In this document: positions 18,920 through 28,834 of the stretch, one piece after another
Numbering within the stretch: position 1 is the stretch's first letter
How the letters are laid out: each line of letters starts with the position of its first letter
From: Lutibacter sp.
GTDB lineage: Bacteria > Bacteroidota > Bacteroidia > Flavobacteriales > Flavobacteriaceae
Assembly: GCA_030694935.1 (NCBI GenBank)
Contig: JAUYUA010000092.1
Coordinates: forward strand, 108,345 to 172,344
Direction: 5' to 3'
Length of the DNA stretch: 64,000 bases
Notes under the pieces: model-generated
Seen by the model: only the letters and a program-made list of their open reading frames with translations
Told to the model about the DNA's origin: nothing
Databases searched by the model: none
Made by a program: the position numbers and the translations under genes

Positions 18920-18969
18920 TTAAAAGTTAATATGTTAGAAGTTACAAGTTGAAGTTTCAAGTTATAAAA
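18919..18969. repeat. Degenerate heptamer array (AAGTTNN)n
   Basis: AGTTAAAAGTTAATATGTTAGAAGTTACAAGTTGAAGTTTCAAGTTATA between convergent genes. Confidence 0.6.
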
Positions 18970-19007
18970 TTGGTTAAGAAAGATAAAAAATATTTTCTTA
19001 CAAGTCC

Positions 19008-19066
19008 AAATCAAACTCCCTTTCCTTTGGAAAGTTTACCTGCCGCGGTAGGGGCTGGGGATAGGA
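19008..19066. repeat. Stop-codon-abutting hairpin element (AATCAAACTCCCTTTCCTTTGGAAAG...GGGGCTGGGGATAGGA), copy 1
   Basis: Second copy at 54569-54613. Contains the CTTTCC/GGAAAG hairpin plus an embedded CCTGCCGCGGTAGG palindrome. Confidence 0.7.
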
Positions 19067-19855
19067 CTAAAAATCCAACTTTTCAACCTTAAATTCAACA
19101 GCAACATCACTTAAAATTTCATTTAAAACTGTTGTTTCGGTATTGGTATAAAAATGATGGTGGCTTTTTGTTGTTGAAGTTGAAAGCAGGTTGTCTTTTT
19201 CTAAAACAGCTTTTGTTTGTTTGGCAACTGCTTCACCTGAATCAATAATAGTGACATTTTCTCCAACTATCTTTTTGATTTGTGGAATTAAATAAGGATA
19301 ATGCGTACAGCCCAAAACCAAATGATCGATATTAAATTGAAGCATCGGCTTTAAATAGGTGGTAAGCAGTGTACTAATTTCTGGAGAATTTAATTTTCCT
19401 TCCTCAATTAAAGGAACCAATCCTTCGCCATCCTGCTCAATCGTGGTGATATTCTTGGTGTATTCCTTGGTGGTTTTTTCAAACAATTTACTCGATAAAG
19501 TTCCTTTTGTGGCTAAAATTCCTATAGCACCAGTTTTACTTAGAAGCGCTGCGGGTTTTATGGCCGGTTCAATTCCAATAAAAGGGATTGAATAATTTTT
19601 TCTTAAATAATCAATTGCGTTGGTGGTTGCGGTATTGCAGGCAACGATGATTAATTTACACCCTTTTGAAATTAAATACTCTGTATTTTTTATGCTTAAA
19701 GCAATAATTTCTTCGGAAGATTTTTCTCCGTAAGGCGCATTTTTGCTGTCGGCCAAATATATGGTATTTTCATTGGGAAGCAGTTTTACCACTTCTTTCC
19801 ATATTGAAGTGCCGCCAATTCCTGAATCAAATAAACCGATGGGTTTGTTTTTCAT
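19067..19855 (-). CDS. murI: Glutamate racemase
   Basis: GLFDSGIGG, ACNTATT and GCTHYP catalytic Cys motifs. Confidence 0.93.
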   Translation of the reverse strand: MKNKPIGLFDSGIGGTSIWKEVVKLLPNENTIYLADSKNAPYGEKSSEEIIALSIKNTEYLISKGCKLIIVACNTATTNAIDYLRKNYSIPFIGIEPAIKPAALLSKTGAIGILATKGTLSSKLFEKTTKEYTKNITTIEQDGEGLVPLIEEGKLNSPEISTLLTTYLKPMLQFNIDHLVLGCTHYPYLIPQIKKIVGENVTIIDSGEAVAKQTKAVLEKDNLLSTSTTKSHHHFYTNTETTVLNEILSDVAVEFKVEKLDF

Positions 19856-19959
19856 AATAATAGAAAAAGAGGGCTCAAAATTTTCAACATTTAATTTATT
19901 GGGAAAACTGGCCTTTGTTTTTTAATTGCCCATTATGGGCTTTTCATTAAGATAAAAGT

Positions 19960-19992
19960 AAAAAAAATCCCGCAATAGCGGGATTAATTTTT
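19960..19992. terminator. Hairpin terminator downstream of skp (ATCCCGC-AATA-GCGGGAT flanked by A/T runs)
   Basis: 7-bp GC stem with a 4-nt loop, A-run upstream and T-run downstream, so usable on either strand. Confidence 0.65.
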
Positions 19993-20009
19993 TGGATAAT
20001 AATTTGTTA

Positions 20010-20510
20010 TTATTTTAGGCCTAATTTTGTTTTCACTGCAGGCAACAAATCTGTTCCGTTTGCTACAATTAAAGTTGAAGCTTCTAAAACATAAGTAAAA
20101 CCTTGCGCTGTGGCAACGTCATCAATTGCTTTTTTTGCTTTTTCTAAAATAGGTTTTAAAATTTCGTTTCTTCTGTTTGTAATATCCTCTCTGGCAACTT
20201 GAGATGCCTGATACAAATTTTGGTTGTCTTTTTGAGTTTCGGCATATCTTTGTTGGTTCACTTCATCTGTTTGGGAACTTGCTTCAGCATCATATTTTTT
20301 TAATTTTGCTTCCAATTTTGCTTCTTCCGCTTTTAGCTCAGTTTCATAAGTTTTGCTCAATTTTTCAATCTCAGCATTTAATGCTTTCGTTTCTGGCATT
20401 AGGCTTATTAACAAATCGGTACTGATATGTCCAATTTTTTGCTGCGCTTGCATGGTGTTAAATCCTAAAGTAACTATTGCGATTAATAATAAGGTTTTAA
20501 AATGTTTCAT
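20010..20510 (-). CDS. OmpH/Skp-family periplasmic chaperone
   Basis: Start moved to MKHFKTLLL (signal peptide). The K-rich upstream extension overlaps the preceding gene. Coiled-coil-rich OmpH pattern. Confidence 0.8.
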   Translation of the reverse strand: MKHFKTLLLIAIVTLGFNTMQAQQKIGHISTDLLISLMPETKALNAEIEKLSKTYETELKAEEAKLEAKLKKYDAEASSQTDEVNQQRYAETQKDNQNLYQASQVAREDITNRRNEILKPILEKAKKAIDDVATAQGFTYVLEASTLIVANGTDLLPAVKTKLGLK

Positions 20511-20529
20511 TTCTTGTTTGTTGTTTAAA

Positions 20530-21339
20530 TTAATTATTTTCTTTTTTTTCTTGTTGGGCTTTTTTGGCCGCTTCAATTTCTTTTATTCTCTGTTGTCTTT
20601 TTTCTTCAATGGCTTTTTTTTGTTCTTCTCTTAGTCTTAGTTTTTCGGCTTTTTGATCTTCAATTTTCTTTTTTAAGGCTTCTTTTTTAGCTTCACGGTC
20701 ATCAATTTTTTCTTGTAATGCCTCATTGTTAATTTCGGTATTTACTTCAACATCTTCATCTGTTTTAATATCAAGTTTGTCTTCTTTCTGACTTTGTTTT
20801 TCTTTTACCGCTTCCACTTTTTTGGATCTTGTAACGCTGTTCAACACCAACTCGCTAATGTCAAATTCCTTATTGGTGTACAACATAAGCAACGCACTGG
20901 ATTTGTCCATCACAAAGTCAAATTTTCTTTTTGTTGCAATATCCTGAATTGCATTGTACACAATATCCTGAACAGGTTTTACCAATTGTTGCCTTAAAAA
21001 GAACAAATCACCATTCGTGCCAAAGTGCGCAATTTGTTGATTTTTTAAATCCAGTTCCTTAATTTGTATATCTTCCTCTTTCTCTTCAATTAATGCTTTT
21101 GTCAAAAGCGCTTTTTCATTATTCAAATCTGCTTTTAAAGCCTCAATTTCTTTTTGTTGCTTCTCAATATCGCTTTGCCAAGCGATGGCTTTGGCATTAA
21201 TTTTTGTTTGGGCTTCCATATATTCAGGAATATTCTCCAGAATATATTCCAAATCAACATAACCTATTTTTTGGGCTTTTTGTGCAATTGCTGAAGCGCC
21301 CAAAATTAAAAACGCGAATAAAAAAATACTCTTTGTCAT
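20530..21339 (-). CDS. OmpH/Skp-family protein, long form with charged C-terminal tail
   Basis: Signal peptide, KIGYVDLEYIL motif, E/K-rich coiled coil. Lies downstream of bamA. Confidence 0.75.
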   Translation of the reverse strand: MTKSIFLFAFLILGASAIAQKAQKIGYVDLEYILENIPEYMEAQTKINAKAIAWQSDIEKQQKEIEALKADLNNEKALLTKALIEEKEEDIQIKELDLKNQQIAHFGTNGDLFFLRQQLVKPVQDIVYNAIQDIATKRKFDFVMDKSSALLMLYTNKEFDISELVLNSVTRSKKVEAVKEKQSQKEDKLDIKTDEDVEVNTEINNEALQEKIDDREAKKEALKKKIEDQKAEKLRLREEQKKAIEEKRQQRIKEIEAAKKAQQEKKENN

Positions 21340-21407
21340 AACTATAATGTATTTAGAAAAAATCGTGCCAATTAATTATTCATCTATACAAATATAACTG
21401 ATTTTGG

Positions 21408-23984
21408 TTAAAATTGTTGTCCAATTATAAAGTGCGTTTGCCAGCCCGATTTCACCATTTCTCCTGGCAGTGGATCAAATCCGTGCGCGAAGTCAATTCC
21501 CAACAATCCGAATGCAGGCATAAAGACTCTTAAACCTAGTCCGGCCGAGCGTTTCAATACAAATGGGTTAAAGTTTTTAAATCCTTCATAAGAATTACCG
21601 GCTTCTAAAAATCCTAAAACATAAATAGATGCAGAAGGTTTTAAAGTGATGGGATATCTCAATTCCATCTGGAATTTGTTGTAAACGGTACCGCCGTCTA
21701 TTGTTGACAATCGACCGTTTTCATAACCTCTTAAAGCGATGGTTTCCCTTCCGTCTAATTGGTAAGAAGCCATTCCGTCTCCACCAACAAAGTATCTCTC
21801 AAACGGTGAATCGCCTAATTTTTTATTGTAATTTCCTAAGAAACCAAACTCGGCATTCGACATAATAACCAAATCTTTTGATAAAGCAGTATACCATTTT
21901 CCTTTGAAACTTGCTTTGTAATACTCTAACCATTTGTATTTTTCGGCAAGTTCAATAGATGAATAATCTTTTGTTTCAACCAAAGAGTATGGGAATGTTA
22001 ATTTAGCGCCGATGCTAAAATCGGAACCATAAGTTGGGAAAACCGGATTTGAACCAGCCGAGCTTCTGCCTAAAGTAATGTTGTAAGACAAGTTGTTTAA
22101 ATTACCGTTGCTTAAGGTTAAGTTTCCAATTCTCATCCCATATTCTTTTAAATCGTACAATTGGTAACTGACACTTTGCGACAAGGTAAAATAATTATCT
22201 GGCCATTTTAAACGTTTTCCTAAGCCAACAGTGGCACCAATAATGTTTAATCGTTGGTCTTTATCCACTTTATTGGTGGTATAATCGTACCTAAATTGTT
22301 TTGAATTGTAGATTGAAAACGACAAAGATTGCGGTTTTTTGCCACCCAACCAAGGTTCAGTAAATGAAAAACTTGAAGTGGTATAATACCTGCTTTTTTG
22401 CAATCTCAATGAAAGCGTTTGGCCATCTCCCATTGGAAGCGGTTTGTAAGCTTTTTTGTTAAATATATTTTTGACAGAAAAGTTATTGAACGACAATCCC
22501 AATGTTCCAATAAATGAACCACCGCCATAACCACCTTGCAGTTCTATTTGGCTGGAACCTTTTTCTGCAACGGTATAATCGATGTCAACTGTTTTGTCTT
22601 GGTAATTTGGATTTAAATCTGGCGTAATTGCTTCAGCATCAAAAAAGCCCAATTGTCCAATTTCCCTGATGGTTCTAATGATATCGCTTTTGCTGTATAA
22701 ATAACCTGGTTTTGTTCTAATTTCTCTGTAAATTACGTGGTCATTGGTTCTGTCGTTTCCATTAACGGTAATTTTTTTAATTTTTGTTGGCGCATCCTCA
22801 TAAATTCTGATTTCAACATCAATAGAATCGTTGTTGATTCTAGTTTCAACCGGCAATACTCTTGAAAAAAGATATCCGTTATCTTGGTAAATGGTAGTAA
22901 TGTCTTCAGAATCTGGTTTTCCGGTACCCGAAACTCTTTCCTTCAATACTTTTCCGTTATACGTATCACCTTTTTCTATTCGTAAAATACTTTGCAATTG
23001 TTGATCTGTATATCTGCTGTTTCCTAAAAATCGGATATCGCCAAAAATATATTTTTTTCCTTCTTCAACCCTGATATCTAAACTTATGGTGTTGTCATCA
23101 TTATAAGCCATAGAATGGTCAATAACTCGTGCATCTCTATAGCCTTTTTCACTGTAGGCAGTTACTATATTTTCAAGATCAGTATTGAAATCGGCTTCAA
23201 TATATTTTGATTTCTTCCAAAACCTGCCAAGCATCTTTTGTTTGGTTTTTTTCATCGATTTTTTAAGCTTCGCATCACCAAAAGCTTCATTCCCTGAAAA
23301 ATTGATGTTTTTTATTTTTATTTTCTCTCCTTTGTCAATATAAACCAACATATTAACGGTATTTACGCTTGAAGTGTCGGGTTTGGTGTCGAGGGTCACT
23401 TTTGCTTTTAAATAACCTTTTTCCTGATATTTTTTTCTGAAATAATTTTTGGAAGTTACCATTAAGTTGTCGGTTACCATGGCGCCTTTTTTTAGCTCGG
23501 CATCTTTTTGCAATTCTTTTGCCTTGCTTTTTTTAACGCCTTCAATGGTTACGTTGTTCAATTGCGGCAACTCTAAAACTTCAAATTCCAAATAGGCAAC
23601 ATTTCCGTCTATTTTAGAAACATAAACCTCCACATTGCTAAATTGTTTTGTTTCATACAATTTTTTAATGGCGCTGGTCAATTTATCCCCAGGAAGTTTA
23701 ATTTCTTGGCCAATGGTTAATCCAGTAAACACTTTTACGGTTTCATCTTCAAATTTTTGAAGCCCTTTAACGGTAATGCCGCCAAGTTCGTAATTGGTGT
23801 CCTTAACAAAAATATTGTTTGTTTTTAGTGGAATGATGGTATCGTTAACAATGACATCCTTAATGAGGGTATCATTTTTTATTTCGATATTTTCTGAATT
23901 ATTTTTTAAAAGTTCTTGCGCGGTTGTGGCGTTAGATGATAAAATAATTGTAAAAAGTAATAGCGCTATGTTAAATTTAGTCAT
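21408..23984 (-). CDS. bamA: Outer membrane protein assembly factor BamA
   Basis: POTRA repeats plus a C-terminal Omp85 barrel ending ...HFIIGQQF. Start chosen at MTKFNIALLL. uppS-bamA-skp context. Confidence 0.9.
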   Translation of the reverse strand: MTKFNIALLLFTIILSSNATTAQELLKNNSENIEIKNDTLIKDVIVNDTIIPLKTNNIFVKDTNYELGGITVKGLQKFEDETVKVFTGLTIGQEIKLPGDKLTSAIKKLYETKQFSNVEVYVSKIDGNVAYLEFEVLELPQLNNVTIEGVKKSKAKELQKDAELKKGAMVTDNLMVTSKNYFRKKYQEKGYLKAKVTLDTKPDTSSVNTVNMLVYIDKGEKIKIKNINFSGNEAFGDAKLKKSMKKTKQKMLGRFWKKSKYIEADFNTDLENIVTAYSEKGYRDARVIDHSMAYNDDNTISLDIRVEEGKKYIFGDIRFLGNSRYTDQQLQSILRIEKGDTYNGKVLKERVSGTGKPDSEDITTIYQDNGYLFSRVLPVETRINNDSIDVEIRIYEDAPTKIKKITVNGNDRTNDHVIYREIRTKPGYLYSKSDIIRTIREIGQLGFFDAEAITPDLNPNYQDKTVDIDYTVAEKGSSQIELQGGYGGGSFIGTLGLSFNNFSVKNIFNKKAYKPLPMGDGQTLSLRLQKSRYYTTSSFSFTEPWLGGKKPQSLSFSIYNSKQFRYDYTTNKVDKDQRLNIIGATVGLGKRLKWPDNYFTLSQSVSYQLYDLKEYGMRIGNLTLSNGNLNNLSYNITLGRSSAGSNPVFPTYGSDFSIGAKLTFPYSLVETKDYSSIELAEKYKWLEYYKASFKGKWYTALSKDLVIMSNAEFGFLGNYNKKLGDSPFERYFVGGDGMASYQLDGRETIALRGYENGRLSTIDGGTVYNKFQMELRYPITLKPSASIYVLGFLEAGNSYEGFKNFNPFVLKRSAGLGLRVFMPAFGLLGIDFAHGFDPLPGEMVKSGWQTHFIIGQQF

Positions 23985-24732
23985 TGATTTTTTCAATTTG
24001 TTGGCTGGTTTTACCAAATCGTCTTTCTCTTTGTTGATAATTTACTATGGCATTAAATAAATTTTCTTTCCTAAAATCGGGCCAAAGGGTATCTGTAAAA
24101 TACAATTCGGCGTAAGCAATTTGCCATAATAAAAAATTGCTGATTCTTTTTTCGCCACTCGTTCGAATCAATAAATCAACATCCGGCAAAGAAAACGTAT
24201 ATAAATGATTATTAATAATATTTTCGTTAATTTCTTCAATGGCAATTTGATTATTAACAACTTTTTTTGATATATTTCTGATAACATTAACAATTTCTTC
24301 CCTTGATCCGTAACTTAATGCAAGCGTAAGTGTTAAAGAGGTATTATTTTTTGTTTTTTCTACAACTTCCGCAAGTTCCACTTGTGCTTTTTCGGGCAGA
24401 TTTTCAATATTGCCGATGGTGTTTAATTTGATGTTGTTTTTAACCAGTGTATTTAATTCTTTTCTTAAAGAAGATACCAATAATGCCATCAACGTTTTAA
24501 CTTCCAGTTTTGGCCTGTTCCAATTTTCGGTTGAGAAAGCATAAAGCGTTAAATAGTTGACGCCAATTTCACGGCAGCCTTCAATAACTTCTTTTACTGA
24601 GGTTACACCATTTTTATGTCCGAAAACTCTAGGTTTTCCTTTCATTTCGGCCCATCTTCCGTTCCCGTCCATAATGATTGCAATATGGTTTGGGAGATTG
24701 TCTGCATTTATTTGGGATTTAAAATCTTCCAT
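23977..24732 (-). CDS. uppS: Isoprenyl transferase (undecaprenyl diphosphate synthase)
   Basis: HIAIIMDGNGRWA, FSTENWNRP, RTSGEKRISNFLLWQ. Confidence 0.93.
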   Translation of the reverse strand: MEDFKSQINADNLPNHIAIIMDGNGRWAEMKGKPRVFGHKNGVTSVKEVIEGCREIGVNYLTLYAFSTENWNRPKLEVKTLMALLVSSLRKELNTLVKNNIKLNTIGNIENLPEKAQVELAEVVEKTKNNTSLTLTLALSYGSREEIVNVIRNISKKVVNNQIAIEEINENIINNHLYTFSLPDVDLLIRTSGEKRISNFLLWQIAYAELYFTDTLWPDFRKENLFNAIVNYQQRERRFGKTSQQIEKIND

Positions 24733-25418
24733 CAATTAGGGTTTGCGTAACAAGGAGGTCTTCCAAACGTGTATACTAGTGATATGCCACTTAGCACATA
24801 CCAGTCGTTACTGTCGGGATTTCCAAATTTCAGTGAATTTATTTTTTGGTTGTTATAATCAATATCATCTACAAAAGTATAACGCGCCCTAATTTCAATG
24901 GCGATGGCAAAATCGTTAATCAACCTTGTTTTATAGCCTATTCCAAAAGGAATGGCATAAGCTGTTTTCGATTCATAATTATATTGCAAACTTCCAGGAG
25001 GCGTTTCGGACCTTACCGCATTGTAATTAAATGCAGCGAATTCTACCAATAAATAGGGTGTGTGAGATTTGCTGTCGTCGTTTAAATTGTATTCAAAATA
25101 ATTAAATTCAACACCCACCGCCAATTCTTTTAGGCTGTTTGTAAATCGCATTCCTCTATTGAATCTCGCTTTATTTGTGGCATCGGCATCATCTGACGAT
25201 ATTTCAGCATAGGTAAAAGTGCCTCTTATGGCAATTCTCGGGTTCATATTCCATTTATAAATAGCGCCCAACATTAAATTATTTGGATTTATATAATATT
25301 CCGGACCAATGTCTCCTATATAATTGCTTCCTCCAACAAACAATCCAACTTCATTAATCTGAGCTTTGGAAGTCATTGTGATAAAGACGATTGCAGTGAA
25401 TAGAATAATTTTTTTCAT
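24732..25418 (-). CDS. Small outer-membrane beta-barrel protein (DUF6089-like)
   Basis: Signal peptide MKKIILFTAIVFITMTSKAQ and alternating beta-strand pattern. Its stop overlaps the uppS start (TGATG). Confidence 0.55.
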   Translation of the reverse strand: MKKIILFTAIVFITMTSKAQINEVGLFVGGSNYIGDIGPEYYINPNNLMLGAIYKWNMNPRIAIRGTFTYAEISSDDADATNKARFNRGMRFTNSLKELAVGVEFNYFEYNLNDDSKSHTPYLLVEFAAFNYNAVRSETPPGSLQYNYESKTAYAIPFGIGYKTRLINDFAIAIEIRARYTFVDDIDYNNQKINSLKFGNPDSNDWYVLSGISLVYTFGRPPCYANPN

Positions 25419-25551
25419 AAATAAAATAGCCAGCAAATATAAAAAATTATAGTTGCTTATTTGGGTTTAGCAACGTCTTTTTTGATTAACTGATTTTAAA
25501 TGAAATTATTGCCGGTCAAATTTCCTGTTTGCTTTATGAATTATACGGTGG

Positions 25552-26433
25552 TTAATTTCTGATATCCTGTCCCCAAAGCAATTTATCCCGAAGTGTTTTT
25601 ATGAATGTTTGCTTGTTAATTTCAACAACATTTAAAGTAAAAGCCGATTTCTCAATAAAAATTTCTGTTTTGCTGTCGATGGTTGTGATTCTTGAATCCA
25701 GCGACAAGAAAAATTTATCTTCTCGTCCGCTAACGGTCAATTTAATTTTGGTTTCATCGGGAATTACCAATGGTCTCGCATTTAAATTATGAGGCGCAAT
25801 TGGCGTTAACACAAAACTTTTTGCGTGTGGAATAAGTATAGGGCCACCGCAACTTAAGGAATATCCGGTTGAGCCTGTTGGAGTTGAAATAATTAAGCCA
25901 TCGGCCCAATACGAAGTTAAATATTCCTCATCTAAATACGTTTCAATGGTAATCATGGAGGCTGTATTTTTTCTGCTCACGGTAACTTCATTCAAGGCGA
26001 AATTAAGGGACGACAAACCAATAATTTTTGGCGTGGTTGTTACGCTTAATAAAGTGCGTTTGTGAATCAGGTATTTTTTTTGTAAAAGTTGTTCAATGGC
26101 GGAGTTAATTTCCTCTTTTTTTACGGTTGCCAAAAAGCCCAACCGACCTGTATTTATCCCAACTATTGGAATGTTGGAATTCCTGATATAGGTTACTGCC
26201 CTTAAAATGGTGCCGTCGCCGCCAATGGTAAACATAAAATCAAATGAGGAGTCTAATGCTGTATGTGAAGAAAATGTTTCTGCGTTCGCAATTGAAAGAT
26301 CTTTTTTTAATCCTTCATAATAATTGAGTTCAATGATGTACTGGATTTTATGAATTTTTAAAACATTCAATAATTCTTCAAGGTATATTTTATCTTCCGG
26401 TTTGTAATATTGTCCGTATATAGCAATTTTCAT
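25552..26433 (-). CDS. nadK: NAD kinase
   Basis: GGDGTILR, STPTGSTGYSLSCGGP motifs. Confidence 0.92.
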   Translation of the reverse strand: MKIAIYGQYYKPEDKIYLEELLNVLKIHKIQYIIELNYYEGLKKDLSIANAETFSSHTALDSSFDFMFTIGGDGTILRAVTYIRNSNIPIVGINTGRLGFLATVKKEEINSAIEQLLQKKYLIHKRTLLSVTTTPKIIGLSSLNFALNEVTVSRKNTASMITIETYLDEEYLTSYWADGLIISTPTGSTGYSLSCGGPILIPHAKSFVLTPIAPHNLNARPLVIPDETKIKLTVSGREDKFFLSLDSRITTIDSKTEIFIEKSAFTLNVVEINKQTFIKTLRDKLLWGQDIRN

Positions 26434-26435
26434 TT

Positions 26436-27095
26436 TTAAATGTTTAGGTATTTTTGCAGGTAAATGGATCTTTCTTTTAAATCTTCCAAGTAAAAATCTT
26501 CTTTGTGCTTTGAAAGCACTTTGTAGTTATACCTTCTAAATGATTGAATAATTTTATTAATCTCTTGCGAGTAAAACTTGAGCGTAATTTTCACCGTTGC
26601 ATTGTCGGTTTCTGAAATAAAAATTCCCAACATTTTTCCGTCATTGGATTCTATAATTTGACAAATTTCACTAAATGAATATTCAGAAACATTTTTTTCG
26701 ATGCCTAAAACCGTGCCTTCGCTTTTTAAAAATGGCGTATTATTGTAAACATGCAGAATATCAATTAAATCGCAGTAGCCTTTATATTCATTAAAATCGT
26801 TGGTTACAGGAATTAAATTTGTTTCATTCGCCGCAAAAATCTTCAGTATTTCCAATAAATTATTGTCTTCTTCAGTGAAAAAAAACTGATACAAATATTG
26901 AAAATTGCCAAGTTCCTTTTCATCTTCAAAAATAGTGCGGATGTCAATTTCAGCAATCAATCCCAATAAATGGCCATTATCAACAACAGGAAAGTGAGAA
27001 TAGGTGGTTTCACTAAAAAGCAATTTCACTTCAGCGATTTTTGTGCGCGTTGTAAATGCTTTAAATTCTGTTAAAATATAAGGGGTCGTTTCCAT
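26436..27095 (-). CDS. CBS domain-containing protein
   Basis: HFPVVDNGHLLGLI and LIPVTNDFNEYKGY CBS-pair pattern. Adjacent to nadK. Confidence 0.7.
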   Translation of the reverse strand: METTPYILTEFKAFTTRTKIAEVKLLFSETTYSHFPVVDNGHLLGLIAEIDIRTIFEDEKELGNFQYLYQFFFTEEDNNLLEILKIFAANETNLIPVTNDFNEYKGYCDLIDILHVYNNTPFLKSEGTVLGIEKNVSEYSFSEICQIIESNDGKMLGIFISETDNATVKITLKFYSQEINKIIQSFRRYNYKVLSKHKEDFYLEDLKERSIYLQKYLNI

Positions 27096-27157
27096 GTTGT
27101 TTGCCGTTATGCCACAAAATTAATCAAAAATAAATCCAAATACAGTTTCTTACTTCG

Positions 27158-27165
27158 TAAATTTG
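27158..27165 (+). promoter_or_regulatory. -7 box TAAATTTG upstream of pdxJ
   Basis: Matches TAnnTTTG, 34 nt upstream of the ATG at 27199. This argues against the TTG start at 27163. Confidence 0.4.
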
Positions 27166-27198
27166 TGCACTCATTTAATTTTTAAAGATTTATCAGGA

Positions 27199-27933
27199 AT
27201 GACAAAATTAAGCGTAAATGTAAATAAAATTGCCACATTAAGAAATTCGCGCGGAGGAGATTATCCAAATGTGGTAAAAGTGGCTTCCGATATTCAAGAT
27301 TTTGGCGCAGAAGGAATTACCATCCATCCAAGACCAGACGAGCGCCATATCCGATATCAGGACGCATTTGATTTAAAAAAAATTGTCACCACCGAGTTTA
27401 ATATTGAAGGAAATCCGATAAAGCAATTTGTTGATATGGTGTTGGAAATTCGTCCATCACAAGTTACTTTGGTGCCCGATGCCATTGATGCCATTACTTC
27501 AAATGCAGGTTGGGACACTATCAAACACCAAGCTTTTTTAAAAGAAATGGTTGCCGAATTTCATTTGAAAGGCATCAGAACTTCCATATTTATTGACGCT
27601 GATTTAAAATTAATTGAAGCTGCCGCCAAAACCGGAACCGACAGGATTGAACTGTACACCGAAGAATTTGCGAAACAGTATGGTTTGGGAAATAAAAATG
27701 GCATAAAACCTTACTTTGAAAGTGCTGTTTTGGCAAATGAAATTGGACTGGGAATTAACGCCGGCCACGATTTAAGTCTGGACAATATTCAGTTTTTTGC
27801 CCAAAATATTCCAAATTTATTGGAAGTTTCCATCGGCCACGCATTAATTACGGAATCATTGTATTTGGGATTGGAAAATGTGGTGAATATGTATAAAAAT
27901 AAGTTAAAAGCCTGCCTGCCGAAGGTAGGTTAA
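27199..27933 (+). CDS. pdxJ: Pyridoxine 5'-phosphate synthase
   Basis: [32 protein letters not shown]. The last ~7 codons run into a GC-rich palindromic repeat. Confidence 0.92.
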   Translation: MTKLSVNVNKIATLRNSRGGDYPNVVKVASDIQDFGAEGITIHPRPDERHIRYQDAFDLKKIVTTEFNIEGNPIKQFVDMVLEIRPSQVTLVPDAIDAITSNAGWDTIKHQAFLKEMVAEFHLKGIRTSIFIDADLKLIEAAAKTGTDRIELYTEEFAKQYGLGNKNGIKPYFESAVLANEIGLGINAGHDLSLDNIQFFAQNIPNLLEVSIGHALITESLYLGLENVVNMYKNKLKACLPKVG

Positions 27934-28015
27934 AAGTTGAAATGTTTAACCGTTTAACTTTTCCAGCTTGAAACCTGAAACTTGAAACTTTTTTAACCTG
28001 AAACCAACAAATAAA

Positions 28016-28780
28016 ATGAAATTACTGCACTCAACAATTTTAGGATGCGGACAGCCATTGATTATTTTACATGGTTATTTTGGGATGAGCGACAACTGGA
28101 AATCGTTGGGCACCCAATTCTCCGAAAATTTTGAAGTGCATTTAATTGACCAGCGCAATCACGGCCGAAGTTTTCATTCGGATGAATTTGACTATGAATT
28201 GCTGGTGGAAGATTTGTACAACTATGTGCAACACCATCATTTGGAATATATAATTTTGCTGGGACATTCCATGGGCGGAAAAGTGGCGATGCGATTCGCG
28301 GTTACCTATCCCGAATTGGTTGATAAATTAATGGTTGCAGATATCAGTCCGAGATATTACAAACCGCACCATGAAGATATTTTGGCCGCTTTGAATGTGG
28401 TTAATTTTTCGCTTCACAATACCCGAAAAAAAGTGGAAGATGTTTTACGAATTTACATTAAAGAAGAAGGTGTATTGCAATTTTTGCTCAAAAACGTTTA
28501 TTGGAAATCAAAAGGAAAATTGGACTACCGTTTCAATTTGCAAAGTTTGATGGAACACAACAGCGAAGTGGGAGAGGCGCTGCCTTCTTTAACCCATTTT
28601 GATGGAGAAACTTTATTTTTGAAAGGCGAAAAATCAAATTATATTACGGAAGATGACAGACCGTTAATTGAAGCGTACTTTCCAAATTCAAAAATTGTCA
28701 CTATAAAAAATGCCGGCCATTGGCTTCACGCAGAGAATCCCGATCAGTTTTATGAAGAGGTTATCAATTTTTTAACGTAA
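28016..28780 (+). CDS. Alpha/beta-fold hydrolase (YbfF-like esterase)
   Basis: HG oxyanion motif (ILHGYFG), GHSMGG nucleophile elbow, C-terminal GHW..E. Confidence 0.8.
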   Translation: MKLLHSTILGCGQPLIILHGYFGMSDNWKSLGTQFSENFEVHLIDQRNHGRSFHSDEFDYELLVEDLYNYVQHHHLEYIILLGHSMGGKVAMRFAVTYPELVDKLMVADISPRYYKPHHEDILAALNVVNFSLHNTRKKVEDVLRIYIKEEGVLQFLLKNVYWKSKGKLDYRFNLQSLMEHNSEVGEALPSLTHFDGETLFLKGEKSNYITEDDRPLIEAYFPNSKIVTIKNAGHWLHAENPDQFYEEVINFLT

Positions 28781-28834
28781 TTAGAATGTTTACATAATTT
28801 TAGTTAATTTTATAAACACTAAAAACATAAATTC

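Noticed and set aside
20511-20576. N-terminal extensions in the ORF track: skp (MKRPKKPNKKKKK...), bamA (24017), pdxJ (TTG 27163), the DUF6089-like gene (TTG 25436) and uppS (TTG 24735).
   Set aside because: Each extension overlaps the upstream gene or a -7 box. Each also precedes an internal ATG that immediately starts a proper signal peptide or conserved N-terminus, so shorter starts were adopted.
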